Origin: an uncultured Acidobacteriaceae bacterium
Lineage (GTDB): Bacteria; Acidobacteriota; Terriglobia; Terriglobales; Acidobacteriaceae
Length of the DNA stretch: 64,000 bases
Direction of reading: 5' to 3'
Assembly: GCA_963762905.1 (NCBI GenBank)
Contig: CAVXMJ010000011.1
Location: forward strand, 201,318-265,317
Each line of letters opens with the position of its first letter. Within the stretch, counting starts at the first letter, position 1. Position numbers and translations under genes: made by a program. Below are positions 55,755 through 64,000 of this stretch, piece after piece. The notes below the pieces were generated by a model, which made no database searches, was not told the origin of the DNA, and saw nothing but the letters and a program-made list of their open reading frames with translations.

Positions 55755-57908
55755 ATGACGGGCACAACGCGAAAATTCGCCGCTGCTTGCGCGTTGCTCG
55801 CGCTGGGCGCTGCTGGCATGCCGCCGTTGCCCGCCCAAAACTCCGAGCAGGTCTCCAATACGCCGCAAGGCGGCTTCACGCTCAAGGCAAATGCCGAGCT
55901 TGTGCTCACCAACGTGGTGGCGCGCGACGCAAAAACCGGCGAGCTGGTGACCGGGCTGAAGCAGAGCGACTTCAAGATTTTCGAAAACGGAAAAGAACAG
56001 CAGATTGACTCGTTCGACTTTGAGAGTGTCGACATGGCCACGCCGCTCAAGGAAGCCGTGGTCAGCGGGCTGGCGGCAGGCCCCACCGGCAGCAAGGCTG
56101 TTGTTGTCGCCAAACCAGAAGAACTGCGCAACCATCGTTTGATCGTCATGTTCTTTGACCTGACTTCGATGCAGCCCGAAGACCTGGAGCGCTGCGTGGA
56201 TGCCGCGCAGGCTTTTCTTAAGACAAAAATGCAGCCGGCCGATCTTGTGGCACTCGTCTCGCTGGGAGATGCCCTCAACGTCGACCAGGATTTTACCGCC
56301 GACAAAAATGCGCTCATTAACGAGGTGGGCGCCTACAACGGCACCGAGGGCCAGGGATTCGCGCAGGGGGCAAATTCCAACACAAACCAGGTCGAGGACA
56401 CCACCGCCTATACCCCCGACGAGAGCGAGTACAACGATCTGAACACCGACCGCGAGCTCTTTGCGCTGCGCGCGATCTCGCAATCCCTCTCAAAAATCAA
56501 TGAGAAAAAGTCGCTGCTCTACTTCTCCGGTGGAATCTCGCGCGACGGCATTGAGAACGAAGCTTCGCTGCGGTCCGCGATCAACGCGTCGGTGCGCGCC
56601 GACCTCGCCATTTACAGCGTTGATACCCGCGGCTTGCAGGCCGTAACGCCGCTCGGCGATGCCTCCACCGGCAGTTTGCGCGGCCAGAGCGGATTCAACG
56701 GCGGCGCGCTTGCAACCAATATGAACGCGAACTTTGCCAGCCAGGAAGTGATGGCCACGCTTTCCAGCGATACGGGCGGAAAAGCATTTTTCGACTCCAA
56801 CGACTTTGCGTCGGCCTTTGCGCAGGTGCAGAAGGATAATTCGGCTTACTATGCCATCGGCTTCCACTCCACGAATCCAGCGCGCGACGGAAAATACCGC
56901 AAGCTGACGGTAAAGATCGACAGACCCGGCATCAAGCTCGAATATCGGCCCGGTTACTACGCGCCCGCGGACTTCAGGCACTCCGGCAAGGAGGACCGCG
57001 AGCAGGAGCTCCAGGATCAACTGGCCAGCGATCTGCCGGCCACCGACATGGCGGTCTATATGGACGCGATGTACTTCCGTCTCGACGAGAACCGATTTTA
57101 TATGCCGGTTTCGCTCGTCGTGCCCGGCTCGCAGATTCCGTTTGTGAAGGGCGGCGACAAAGACAAGGCCACGCTCGACATTATCGGAGCTGTGCTTGAT
57201 GAAGCTCAGCGGCCGGTGGGGCGCATACGCGATACGGTCAAGCTCAACCTCGATCCGTCGCTCCAGGCGCGACAAAAGAACATCCAGTACACCACCAGCT
57301 TCGACTTGCCGCCGGGCAAGTACCAACTCAAATTCGTGGTGCGGGAGAATCAGACCGGCCGCATGGGCTCATTCATCGCCGACGTTACGCTGCCCGATCT
57401 GAAGAAGGCTCCATTGAAGATGAGTTCCATCGTGCTCGCCTCGCAGCACGCCCCGAGTAAGAAGGATGATCCCCTGGTGCGGAATGGCGAAGAATACGTG
57501 CCCAACATCAGCCACGTATTTCGTCAGGACCAGCACATGTATCTTCTGTATGAAATCTACGATCCGGCGCACGAAAAGGCCGCCGAAGGAGCGCCGAAGG
57601 AACCCAAATCCGCGATTAATCTTCTCAGCAGCCTGGAACTGATTCATGGATCGACCAAAGTCTACGAAACGCCCATCGTGCAAGCTCGGTCGATCAATGT
57701 GGAAGGACGCGATGCGGTCTCGATTGAACTTGATGTGCCTTTGAGCGGGCTCAAACCCGGGCCGTACGTTTGCCAGTTAAACGTGATTGACGACGCTGCG
57801 GGCAGCTTTGCCTTTCCGCGCTTTGCCATTTTGGTGCGGGAGCCGGCGGCAGCGCCTTCCGGCGCGCCGCCCGCAATCCAATCGTCGTCATCGGGCGAGT
57901 CTCAGTAA
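55755..57908 (+). CDS. Acidobacterial VWA domain protein with extended C-terminal beta-domains
   Basis: Signal peptide from ATG 55755, LV..NVV.RD, FFDLTSM (degenerate MIDAS), DFT.D, KKSLLYFS.G, YSVD.RGL, DTGG, YY.IGF, R.GYYAP, LPPG.Y. Confidence 0.88.
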   Translation: MTGTTRKFAAACALLALGAAGMPPLPAQNSEQVSNTPQGGFTLKANAELVLTNVVARDAKTGELVTGLKQSDFKIFENGKEQQIDSFDFESVDMATPLKEAVVSGLAAGPTGSKAVVVAKPEELRNHRLIVMFFDLTSMQPEDLERCVDAAQAFLKTKMQPADLVALVSLGDALNVDQDFTADKNALINEVGAYNGTEGQGFAQGANSNTNQVEDTTAYTPDESEYNDLNTDRELFALRAISQSLSKINEKKSLLYFSGGISRDGIENEASLRSAINASVRADLAIYSVDTRGLQAVTPLGDASTGSLRGQSGFNGGALATNMNANFASQEVMATLSSDTGGKAFFDSNDFASAFAQVQKDNSAYYAIGFHSTNPARDGKYRKLTVKIDRPGIKLEYRPGYYAPADFRHSGKEDREQELQDQLASDLPATDMAVYMDAMYFRLDENRFYMPVSLVVPGSQIPFVKGGDKDKATLDIIGAVLDEAQRPVGRIRDTVKLNLDPSLQARQKNIQYTTSFDLPPGKYQLKFVVRENQTGRMGSFIADVTLPDLKKAPLKMSSIVLASQHAPSKKDDPLVRNGEEYVPNISHVFRQDQHMYLLYEIYDPAHEKAAEGAPKEPKSAINLLSSLELIHGSTKVYETPIVQARSINVEGRDAVSIELDVPLSGLKPGPYVCQLNVIDDAAGSFAFPRFAILVREPAAAPSGAPPAIQSSSSGESQ

Positions 57909-57959
57909 GATTGCCCCGTGACTTACCCATTCCGCGGCCTCACCGCGGAATCGACAGTG

Positions 57960-58205
57960 TCACGCGCGCTTCACCAGCCGGAGAATGACCACCAAAATGA
58001 TCGCGCCTCCTAGGGCGATCAGTGTGCTGTAGATGAAACTGCCGTGCGCATCCAACCCAATGCGGTCTGCAATAAAGCCACCCACCAACGCGCCGGCAAT
58101 GCCCAGCAGGATGTCTACAAAGAACCCGTAGCCAGAGCCCTTCATGATCTTGCCCGTTAGCCAGCCTGCAACCAGGCCGACCAGTATCCACATGAGAATT
58201 CCCAT
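57960..58205 (-). CDS. GlsB/YeaQ/YmgE (transglycosylase-associated) membrane protein
   Basis: MGILMWILVGLVAGWL...G.G...DILLGIAGALVGGF; GAGGAG RBS. Confidence 0.92.
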   Translation of the reverse strand: MGILMWILVGLVAGWLTGKIMKGSGYGFFVDILLGIAGALVGGFIADRIGLDAHGSFIYSTLIALGGAIILVVILRLVKRA

Positions 58206-58391
58206 CTTTCTTTCCCTCCTCGATCTTGAGTATCTGTTCGTTTTGAGCTGAACCGGAGTTTTGGGGAAACCTTCGCAATGCGAAAGTCAGGCTGCCCGAT
58301 TCCGCAAGTCTGGAGTTATAACACCACCACGTCACACTCAGCCAGCAAGAAATTTCAATGCGGCAGCACTGCCCGCTACCGCAGCCAGTCG

Positions 58392-58589
58392 CTATTCGAT
58401 TTTGGTTGTTCCGGATTCCGCGGCTGCATTCTCACCATAAGGACAGTGACGGCACTTTGACCCGCAGCACGTCCCGCGCTTGAGATGGTACGCCGCGGTG
58501 AAAACCAGATTCACCCCCTCGAAGTAATAGTCTTCGGGTGCGAGTCCTGGAGGGGCGAGCGGTGCGGAAATGGAAGGGTCTCGATCCAC
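58392..58589 (-). CDS. Small Cys-rich protein (DUF5522-like)
   Basis: EDYYFEG..LVFTAAYHLKRGTCCGSKCRHCPY, with GTG at 58589 after AGAGG. It forms the tail of the 316-aa shadow ORF in the track. Confidence 0.8.
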   Translation of the reverse strand: MDRDPSISAPLAPPGLAPEDYYFEGVNLVFTAAYHLKRGTCCGSKCRHCPYGENAAAESGTTKIE

Positions 58590-58658
58590 ACCTCTATTCT
58601 CTCTGAGCTGGCGGTGATTCGAAATCCGACCATGAGGCGCAGCCGCTAAAATCGAAGT

Positions 58659-59315
58659 ATGGCACTCACCGCGCAAGACCGCGCACGCAAAATCAAAATC
58701 ATTCTCTTCGACGTCGACGGCGTATGGACCGACGGCACCATCTGGCTCGTGCCCGGTTCTGCGCAGAGCGGAGTTTTGGCTGAACTCCGCGGCAAAGACA
58801 ATATCGGTTACGGCGTGCAGTCGACCACCATGGTCGAGGCCAAGGGCTATAGCGCGCACGACGGTACTGCGATTTCTCTCGCGCGGCTCGGCGGCATGAA
58901 GTGCGGGGTGATCACCAAACGCATCAGCGAGACCGTGGCGACGCGCGCCCTCGACCTCAAGCTCGAATTCGTCTATCAGGGTTGCGCCTTCAAGATGAAG
59001 GCGATCCGCGAGATTATCGCCAAAGAAGGCGTGACGCTTGAGGAGATCTGCTACGTAGGCGACGACGTGATCGACCTGCCGGCGATGCGCGAAGTGGGTT
59101 TCGCAGTAGCCGTGGCAAATGCGCGCGAACGCGTCAAGGCCGAAGCCCACTACGTAACCCCGAACGGTGGCGGCTACGGTGCGGCGCGCGACGCGGTCGA
59201 ATTCATTCTGGAAGCCAAAGGCGTCCTCGATCAGTGCATCAACGCCTACATCGACGAGCGCAATCCGATCTCGCCGTCGATGGACATTGGGCGCGGCGGC
59301 GCCGACATGAAGTAA
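58659..59315 (+). CDS. kdsC: KdsC-like HAD phosphatase (KDO 8-P phosphatase)
   Basis: IKIILFDVDGVWTDG, HDG, YVGDDVIDL, GGYGAARDAVE. Confidence 0.85.
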   Translation: MALTAQDRARKIKIILFDVDGVWTDGTIWLVPGSAQSGVLAELRGKDNIGYGVQSTTMVEAKGYSAHDGTAISLARLGGMKCGVITKRISETVATRALDLKLEFVYQGCAFKMKAIREIIAKEGVTLEEICYVGDDVIDLPAMREVGFAVAVANARERVKAEAHYVTPNGGGYGAARDAVEFILEAKGVLDQCINAYIDERNPISPSMDIGRGGADMK

Positions 59316-59329
59316 GTTCCTTCTGAATA

Positions 59330-60031
59330 ATGAGCGAACCATTCAAACGCGCGGTGGTGTTGCTAAGCGGAGGCCTCGACTCCGCGACCGTTCTCGCTGT
59401 CGCAAAAAGCGAAGGCTACACGCCCTATGCGCTTTCGTTTTCCTATGGCCAGCGCCACGCATGGGAGCTCGAGGCTGCAAAGCGCGTTGCCGCATCGATC
59501 GGCGTTGCGGAGCACCGCACTGTTGCCATTGACCTGCGCGCCTTTGGCGGGTCCGCTCTCACCGATGACATCGCGGTCCCCAAGGGCCGCACAACCCAGG
59601 AGATGTCTGGCGGCATCCCCGTCACTTACGTCCCCGCGCGCAACACGATCTTTCTCTCGTTTGCTTTGGCGTGGGCCGAAGTGCTGGGCGCGAGCGATAT
59701 CTATTTGGGCGTGAATGCGCTCGATTATTCCGGCTATCCCGATTGCCGTCCTGAATACATCGCGGCCTTTGAAAAAATGGCTAACCTTGCAACCAAGGCC
59801 GGTGTGGAGGGCCGTCAGGCGCTCAAAATTCATACGCCGCTCATCGCGCTTTCCAAAGCGGAAATTATTCGCCTGGGACGCGGCTTGGGTGTCGATTACG
59901 GCTTGACCAGCAGTTGCTACGATCCCTCGCCCACGGGCGCACCGTGCGGCCAATGTGACTCCTGCCTTCTAAGGCAAAAGGGCTTTCGCGAAAATGGGAT
60001 TGATGACCCGCTGTTGAAGACTCGCCGCTAG
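59330..60031 (+). CDS. queC: 7-cyano-7-deazaguanine synthase
   Basis: [33 protein letters not shown]...CGQCDSC.LR. Confidence 0.97.
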   Translation: MSEPFKRAVVLLSGGLDSATVLAVAKSEGYTPYALSFSYGQRHAWELEAAKRVAASIGVAEHRTVAIDLRAFGGSALTDDIAVPKGRTTQEMSGGIPVTYVPARNTIFLSFALAWAEVLGASDIYLGVNALDYSGYPDCRPEYIAAFEKMANLATKAGVEGRQALKIHTPLIALSKAEIIRLGRGLGVDYGLTSSCYDPSPTGAPCGQCDSCLLRQKGFRENGIDDPLLKTRR

Positions 60032-60128
60032 CCCCTGGCTTCTAGCCTCTAGCTTTTTCGGGGCGGAGTTGTCGACCTTGCCAAATTGCAAAATGAGTTG
60101 GAAGCTAGGAGCTAGCAGCTAGAAGCTG
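60028..60128. repeat. Inverted pair of heptamer tandem arrays, (CTAGCYY)x4 and (VAGCTAG)x3-4
   Basis: ctagccc ctggctt ctagcct ctagctt (60028-60055) and aagctag gagctag cagctag aagctgc (60102-60128). Confidence 0.7.
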
Positions 60129-60133
60129 CCTTT

Positions 60134-60772
60134 ATGACTTACGCGGTCAAGGAAATCTTCTACACGTTGCAAGGCGAAGGCGCCCAGACGGGCCGGCCGG
60201 CGGTGTTTTGCCGATTCGCCGGATGCAACCTCTGGTCGGGGCGCGAGCAAGACCGCGCGTCGGCCATTTGCAAATTCTGCGATACGGATTTTGCAGACAC
60301 CAACGGGCGCGGCGGCGGAAGCTTCGCCTCCGCCGAAGCTCTCGCGGCAGCCATCGAGCGGAAATGGCCGGCAAACGCCGAGCCCGGGAATCGCTTCGTG
60401 GTTTGCACTGGCGGCGAACCGCTTCTCCAAATCAACGCCGAGCTGATCGATGCTCTGCACGCTCGCGGCTTCGAGATCGCTGTGGAAACAAACGGAACCA
60501 TCGCGGCTCCGACAGGTCTCGATTGGATTTGCGTCAGTCCCAAGGCCGGCGCAGGTTTCCAGCAGCAAAGCGGTGACGAGCTGAAGCTTGTCTACCCTCA
60601 GCCCGGTGCGGATCCGGAACAATTTGAGCAGCTGGCCTTCCGGCATTTCTTCCTGCAGCCCATGGACGGGCCTGCCCGCGAACTGAACACCACGCTCGCG
60701 CTCAAGTATTGCCTGGAACATCCGCGCTGGCGATTGAGCTTGCAGACGCACAAGCTGCTTGGAATTCCGTGA
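60134..60772 (+). CDS. queE: 7-carboxy-7-deazaguanine synthase (radical SAM, CX14CX2C type)
   Basis: KEIFYTLQGEG, FCRFAGCNLWSGREQDRASAICKFCDT, TGGEP, ETNGT, VSPK, SLQTHK. Confidence 0.95.
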   Translation: MTYAVKEIFYTLQGEGAQTGRPAVFCRFAGCNLWSGREQDRASAICKFCDTDFADTNGRGGGSFASAEALAAAIERKWPANAEPGNRFVVCTGGEPLLQINAELIDALHARGFEIAVETNGTIAAPTGLDWICVSPKAGAGFQQQSGDELKLVYPQPGADPEQFEQLAFRHFFLQPMDGPARELNTTLALKYCLEHPRWRLSLQTHKLLGIP

Positions 60773-60869
60773 ACGGTGAACCGTGAGTCGCGATTTATGG
60801 TCCATCTACCGCGAATGGCTCACGACCGGCCTTCGTTCACGATCCACGATCCACGAATCACGAACCACG
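60768..60869. repeat. Inverted pair of heptamer tandem arrays, (CGTGAAC-like)x4 and (NNYCACG)x5
   Basis: cgtgaac ggtgaac cgtgagt cgcgatt (60768-60795) and gttcacg atccacg atccacg aatcacg aaccacg (60835-60869), between convergent queE and trmO. Confidence 0.65.
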
Positions 60870-61310
60870 TCTCTGTTCCGCTTCACCCAGCCATCCCCGC
60901 CGCAACTTCTCCGGCGCAATGCTTGACAGATACGGCTTAACGTCGAGAACCGGGGTCCCGTCGAGCATGTCGAGACCGCGCACATGCAGCGAAGAGTCCT
61001 CGCGGCGCAACAACTCGACAACGGTCAGGCCAATCGGGTTTGGCCGGCGCGGTGAACGCGTGGCAAAAACGCCGTGGGGCCGGCCCTCATCTGTCGGCGG
61101 ATGTGCAATCAGGTCGAATCCGTCCACGCGGTCGAACTGCCAAAGGACGAAAAGATGCGAGAATCCCTCGATGTCAGTTAACCCATCTTCGAACTCATGC
61201 AGGATCTCGATAACGCCTTCGGCATCGTGTTTGGCGCCTGGCCCTTTGGGAATCGCCGAGGTTTCGCGGTACGGGCTATGAACAAAGCCAATCGGGTGGG
61301 CTGAAAGCAT
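60858..61310 (-). CDS. tsaA: tRNA (t6A37)-N6-methyltransferase TrmO/TsaA family
   Basis: PIG.VHSP, GL..IEGFSHL, GVFATRSPRRPNPIGL, LDMLDGTPVLDVKPY. Confidence 0.9.
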   Translation of the reverse strand: MLSAHPIGFVHSPYRETSAIPKGPGAKHDAEGVIEILHEFEDGLTDIEGFSHLFVLWQFDRVDGFDLIAHPPTDEGRPHGVFATRSPRRPNPIGLTVVELLRREDSSLHVRGLDMLDGTPVLDVKPYLSSIAPEKLRRGWLGEAEQRRGS

Positions 61311-61406
61311 CGGCTGACGTCTCCACTTGTCATCCTATGCGCCGCAGAGACAGAATCGAAATCGCAGGCCAGCGAACCCAAGCTTGATAATCTTCGATCT
61401 TGTGAG

Positions 61407-62372
61407 GTGAATGCGATGCAAGCCGCCGTTGTCAACGTTCCCGGCCAGGCGCCGAAGTATCAATCGTTTCCCGAACCCGTTGCCCAGGATGGCGAAGTGC
61501 TCGTTCAGGTGCGCGCGGCAGGATTGCATCCCATCGTGAAGGCTCTGGCCAGCGGTTCGCACTACGCGAGCGCCGGCGCCGGTCAAGGACCCGCCGTTCC
61601 GGGAGTCGACGGCGTGGGCGTTCTTGACGACGGTACCCGGGTTTACTTTGGATTGGTGCGCAAGCCGTGGGGAACGATGGCTGAGCGCGCGGCTGCTCCG
61701 CGGCACATGTGCATTCCCATCCCCGACGGTCTCGACGACGTGGAGGCTGCAGCCATCGCCAACCCCGGCATGTCCTCCTGGGTCATGTTGAAGGAACGCG
61801 CATGCCTTGTGCCCGGAGAGACGGTGCTCATTCTTGGTGCTACGGGCGTTGCCGGGCAGCTTGCCATACAGACGGCGCGGATCCTTGGCGCCAAGCGCGT
61901 GATCGGTGCGGGGCGCAATGTCGAAGCCATCGCCGCGGCGAATGTGGACGCCGTGATCCCGCTCGGCCAGCCGGACGATGCAGTGCGCGAGGCCTTTGCC
62001 GCCGAGGCTGCCACGGGTATCGATCTGGTCGTTGATTATCTCTGGGGCCGGCCCACGGAATTGCTGCTGGAGGCCCTCGCCAAAGGCTTCAGAGTCGAGG
62101 CCACCCGCCGGACTCGCCTCGTGGAAGTTGGCGCCAGCGCGGGCCCGACGATTACCTTGCCAGGCGCGATTCTGCGGAGCGTCGACCTGACCTTGTTGGG
62201 GAGCGGATTTGGCGCGGCCCGGCTGGACCGGATTCTCGCCGCCCTCCCCACCTTCTTCGATATGGCAGCATCGGGAACATTGAAGGTCGCCGCCAAGCCG
62301 ATCCCACTGGCCGAAGTCGAGGCGGCTTGGGACCGCGAAATCAAGGGGCAGCGGGTCGTTTTCACAACCTGA
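61407..62372 (+). CDS. MDR superfamily quinone-oxidoreductase-like protein
   Basis: VPGVDGVG, ETVLILGATGVAG, D.VVDYLWG; no catalytic Zn cysteines seen. Confidence 0.88.
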   Translation: MNAMQAAVVNVPGQAPKYQSFPEPVAQDGEVLVQVRAAGLHPIVKALASGSHYASAGAGQGPAVPGVDGVGVLDDGTRVYFGLVRKPWGTMAERAAAPRHMCIPIPDGLDDVEAAAIANPGMSSWVMLKERACLVPGETVLILGATGVAGQLAIQTARILGAKRVIGAGRNVEAIAAANVDAVIPLGQPDDAVREAFAAEAATGIDLVVDYLWGRPTELLLEALAKGFRVEATRRTRLVEVGASAGPTITLPGAILRSVDLTLLGSGFGAARLDRILAALPTFFDMAASGTLKVAAKPIPLAEVEAAWDREIKGQRVVFTT

Positions 62373-62442
62373 AGGGTCAGTCATCTCGTTCACATCATCA
62401 ACAAAGCTTTCATCCCCCGAAAGCGGCCATTGAGGAGTATCG

Positions 62443-62471
62443 GGAACACTTCATATGACGTTGGTGTCAAT
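62443..62471 (+). promoter_or_regulatory. Candidate ECF (sigmaE-type) autoregulated promoter
   Basis: GGAACAC-N16-GTCAAT resembles the sigmaE consensus GGAACTT-N16-GTCAAA, about 190 nt upstream of the ECF sigma gene. Confidence 0.55.
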
Positions 62472-62656
62472 AAGAGAGTAGGTGCATGGGTCAGAATGCG
62501 GTACGCGCAAGCCCACGCGCCGATGGAAGGCTGGATGCCGCAGGAGAAGGCAGTCGCGGCCTCGATTGAACAGTTTAAGCACTGGCCGGTCGCATGGTTG
62601 TGATGCGTGAACATGCCGGCGATGGCTGGTATGCGGTAACGTGGGAGGACACGAAA

Positions 62657-63349
62657 TTGCAGGCGGACCTCACCATGGGCAATCTTGCCACTGCGTTTAC
62701 GCTCCAATCGGATGAAGCGGCTCTCGTTGAAGAATTGCGAGCCGGATCCGACGAGGCGTTTGCCTGGCTGATCACTCGCTACCATCAGCCAATCTATTCA
62801 CTGTTGGCGCGCACCGTGCACAACTCCGCCGACGCTGCGGATCTCACCCAGGAAGTCTTTGTGAAGGTCTTCCGCGGGATTCACGGGTTTCAAGGCAAGG
62901 CTTCATTGAGGACATGGATCTACCGCATTGCGTTGCGCGAAGCATCCAACCAGCGCCGCTGGTGGGCCAGGCATCAGCAGCAGGAGATCGCCATGGAACA
63001 GGAGATGGTGCCTGGGGATTGCGGAACGCCGGTGCAACTGAAGGATATGCTGGTGGATCCAGCGGAATCGCCCTACGAATTGGCCCTGCATGAGGAGAAT
63101 CGGGCGCGAGTTGAACACGCACTGCGCCAGGTGCCCGAGCCTTTCCGCACCACGCTCATCCTGCGCGATATTGAAGGGTTCGTCTACGAGGAAGTGGCGG
63201 CCATCCAGGGAGTTAATTTGGGGACAGTCAAGTCGCGGCTGGTGCGCGGGCGAGCTTGCTTAAAGGGACTGCTGACTGCGGCGCGGCCCGGTTCTCAGCC
63301 CGCAGCGATGGCAGATATGAAGATGCCCCTGGGAGAGGAGGCGCGATGA
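62657..63349 (+). CDS. ECF sigma-70 factor (RpoE-like); start TTG 62657 or ATG 62675
   Basis: DAADLTQEVF.K, F.G.ASLRTWIYRIA, LRDIEG..YEEVA...GVNLGTVKSRL.RGR. Confidence 0.93.
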   Translation: MQADLTMGNLATAFTLQSDEAALVEELRAGSDEAFAWLITRYHQPIYSLLARTVHNSADAADLTQEVFVKVFRGIHGFQGKASLRTWIYRIALREASNQRRWWARHQQQEIAMEQEMVPGDCGTPVQLKDMLVDPAESPYELALHEENRARVEHALRQVPEPFRTTLILRDIEGFVYEEVAAIQGVNLGTVKSRLVRGRACLKGLLTAARPGSQPAAMADMKMPLGEEAR

Positions 63350-64000
63350 ACGGCTGCAACGAAGTGCAATCCAGCTTGACGGAGTATCTTGACGGTCGGT
63401 TGAGCGGGCGCGAGATGCAGGAGATTGGCGCGCATCTTCAGGGGTGCCGCGCGTGCTCGCGTGAGTCGGCGTCGCTGCGCGAATTGCAGTCATCGCTGGC
63501 CAGCCTGGGGCCGGTGCCCGAGCCGGCGGACCTGTCGCTGCGGATTCGTGTCGCCGTGAGCCAGGAACGCGCGCGTAATCGGCGCAGCATCTTCACTGGT
63601 TGGGGCCTGGCCTGGAGAAATACCGTGGGACCGTTCCTGTTGCAGGCAGGCGCTGGATTCGCCAGTGCGGTCGTCCTGCTGGGAACCATCGTTGTGCTGG
63701 TGACTGTGTTCGCTCAGCCTGAAGCGGCGCAGGCTACTCCCGATGAGCCGTTGGGCGATGCGACTGCCCCGCGTCTGATGTATTTCTCGAACGCTCAGGG
63801 TAACAATGAAGCCAGCGCCATCTCCAGCCCGGTCGTTGTTGAGGCCTACGTCAACGATCTCGGCGAGGTCTACGACTATCGCATCGTCTCCGGGCCCACC
63901 GACTCCGTCACTCGCTCCCAGGTTGAGAATCTGCTCCTGTTCAGCCGCTTTGAGCCTGCCCGCTTCTTCGGGCAACCCGTTCGCGGCCTCGCGGTGCTGT
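63346..64000 (+). CDS. Zinc-binding (zf-HC2/ZAS) anti-sigma factor with TM and TonB-C-like periplasmic domain, 3' end runs off the window
   Basis: My translation: MNGCNEVQSSLTEYLDGRL......I.AHLQGCRAC (HxxxCxxC), a TM helix, then VVVEAYVNDLGEVYDYRIVSG...FSRFEPARFFGQPV. ATGA overlap with the sigma stop. Confidence 0.88.
   Translation, partial: MNGCNEVQSSLTEYLDGRLSGREMQEIGAHLQGCRACSRESASLRELQSSLASLGPVPEPADLSLRIRVAVSQERARNRRSIFTGWGLAWRNTVGPFLLQAGAGFASAVVLLGTIVVLVTVFAQPEAAQATPDEPLGDATAPRLMYFSNAQGNNEASAISSPVVVEAYVNDLGEVYDYRIVSGPTDSVTRSQVENLLLFSRFEPARFFGQPVRGLAVL

Noticed and set aside
58590-59342. N-terminal part of the 316-aa minus-strand ORF
   Set aside because: It is antisense to kdsC; only the last 65 codons (Cys-rich protein, GTG 58589) look real.
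60028-60128. CRISPR array interpretation of the short tandem repeats here and at 28144 and 60768
   Set aside because: The units are 7-9 nt with no unique spacers, and there are no cas genes.
59330-60772. queC/queE as a DNA-modification (dpd) or QatABCD-type defence system
   Set aside because: No dpdA/tgt-like, ATPase or TatD partners are nearby; the sequences and context fit housekeeping queuosine synthesis.

Overview
This GC-rich 64 kb window looks like Acidobacteriota (Terriglobales/Acidobacteriaceae-like), judged from the acidobacterial-type VWA proteins, large carboxypeptidase-domain TonB-dependent receptors (TBDRs) and typical intergenic repeats; the taxon is an inference. It is mostly core chromosome: polyphosphate genes (ppx, sixA, ppk1), a GH3 glycosidase, TolC/EmrA efflux parts, an orphan Flp pilin, a DtxR/MntR-NRAMP-TBDR metal locus, nnr-tsaE, yiaK, fabI, a murI/amidase/GerMN cell-wall operon containing a PIG-B-like GT22, tsaB-rimI, psd-pssA, vapBC, dgt, purH, rhomboid, a second TBDR with a VWA partner, kdsC-queC-queE, trmO and an ECF sigma/anti-sigma pair. 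I saw no rRNA, tRNA, CRISPR array, prophage or intact IS. The most notable items are: (1) a small GIY-YIG nuclease gene with an in-frame amber stop, bracketed by inverted GTCATCCTGAGCGA-type palindromic repeats that also occur as solo copies, resembling a REPtron-like element; (2) a TBDR whose plug appears replaced by a Gly/Phe-rich low-complexity segment; (3) a pseudokinase and an anti-sigma factor each ending in a TonB-C-like domain; (4) a TBDR that seems to start at ACG; (5) several apparently leaderless genes. All calls come from reading motifs by eye; no database searches were run.
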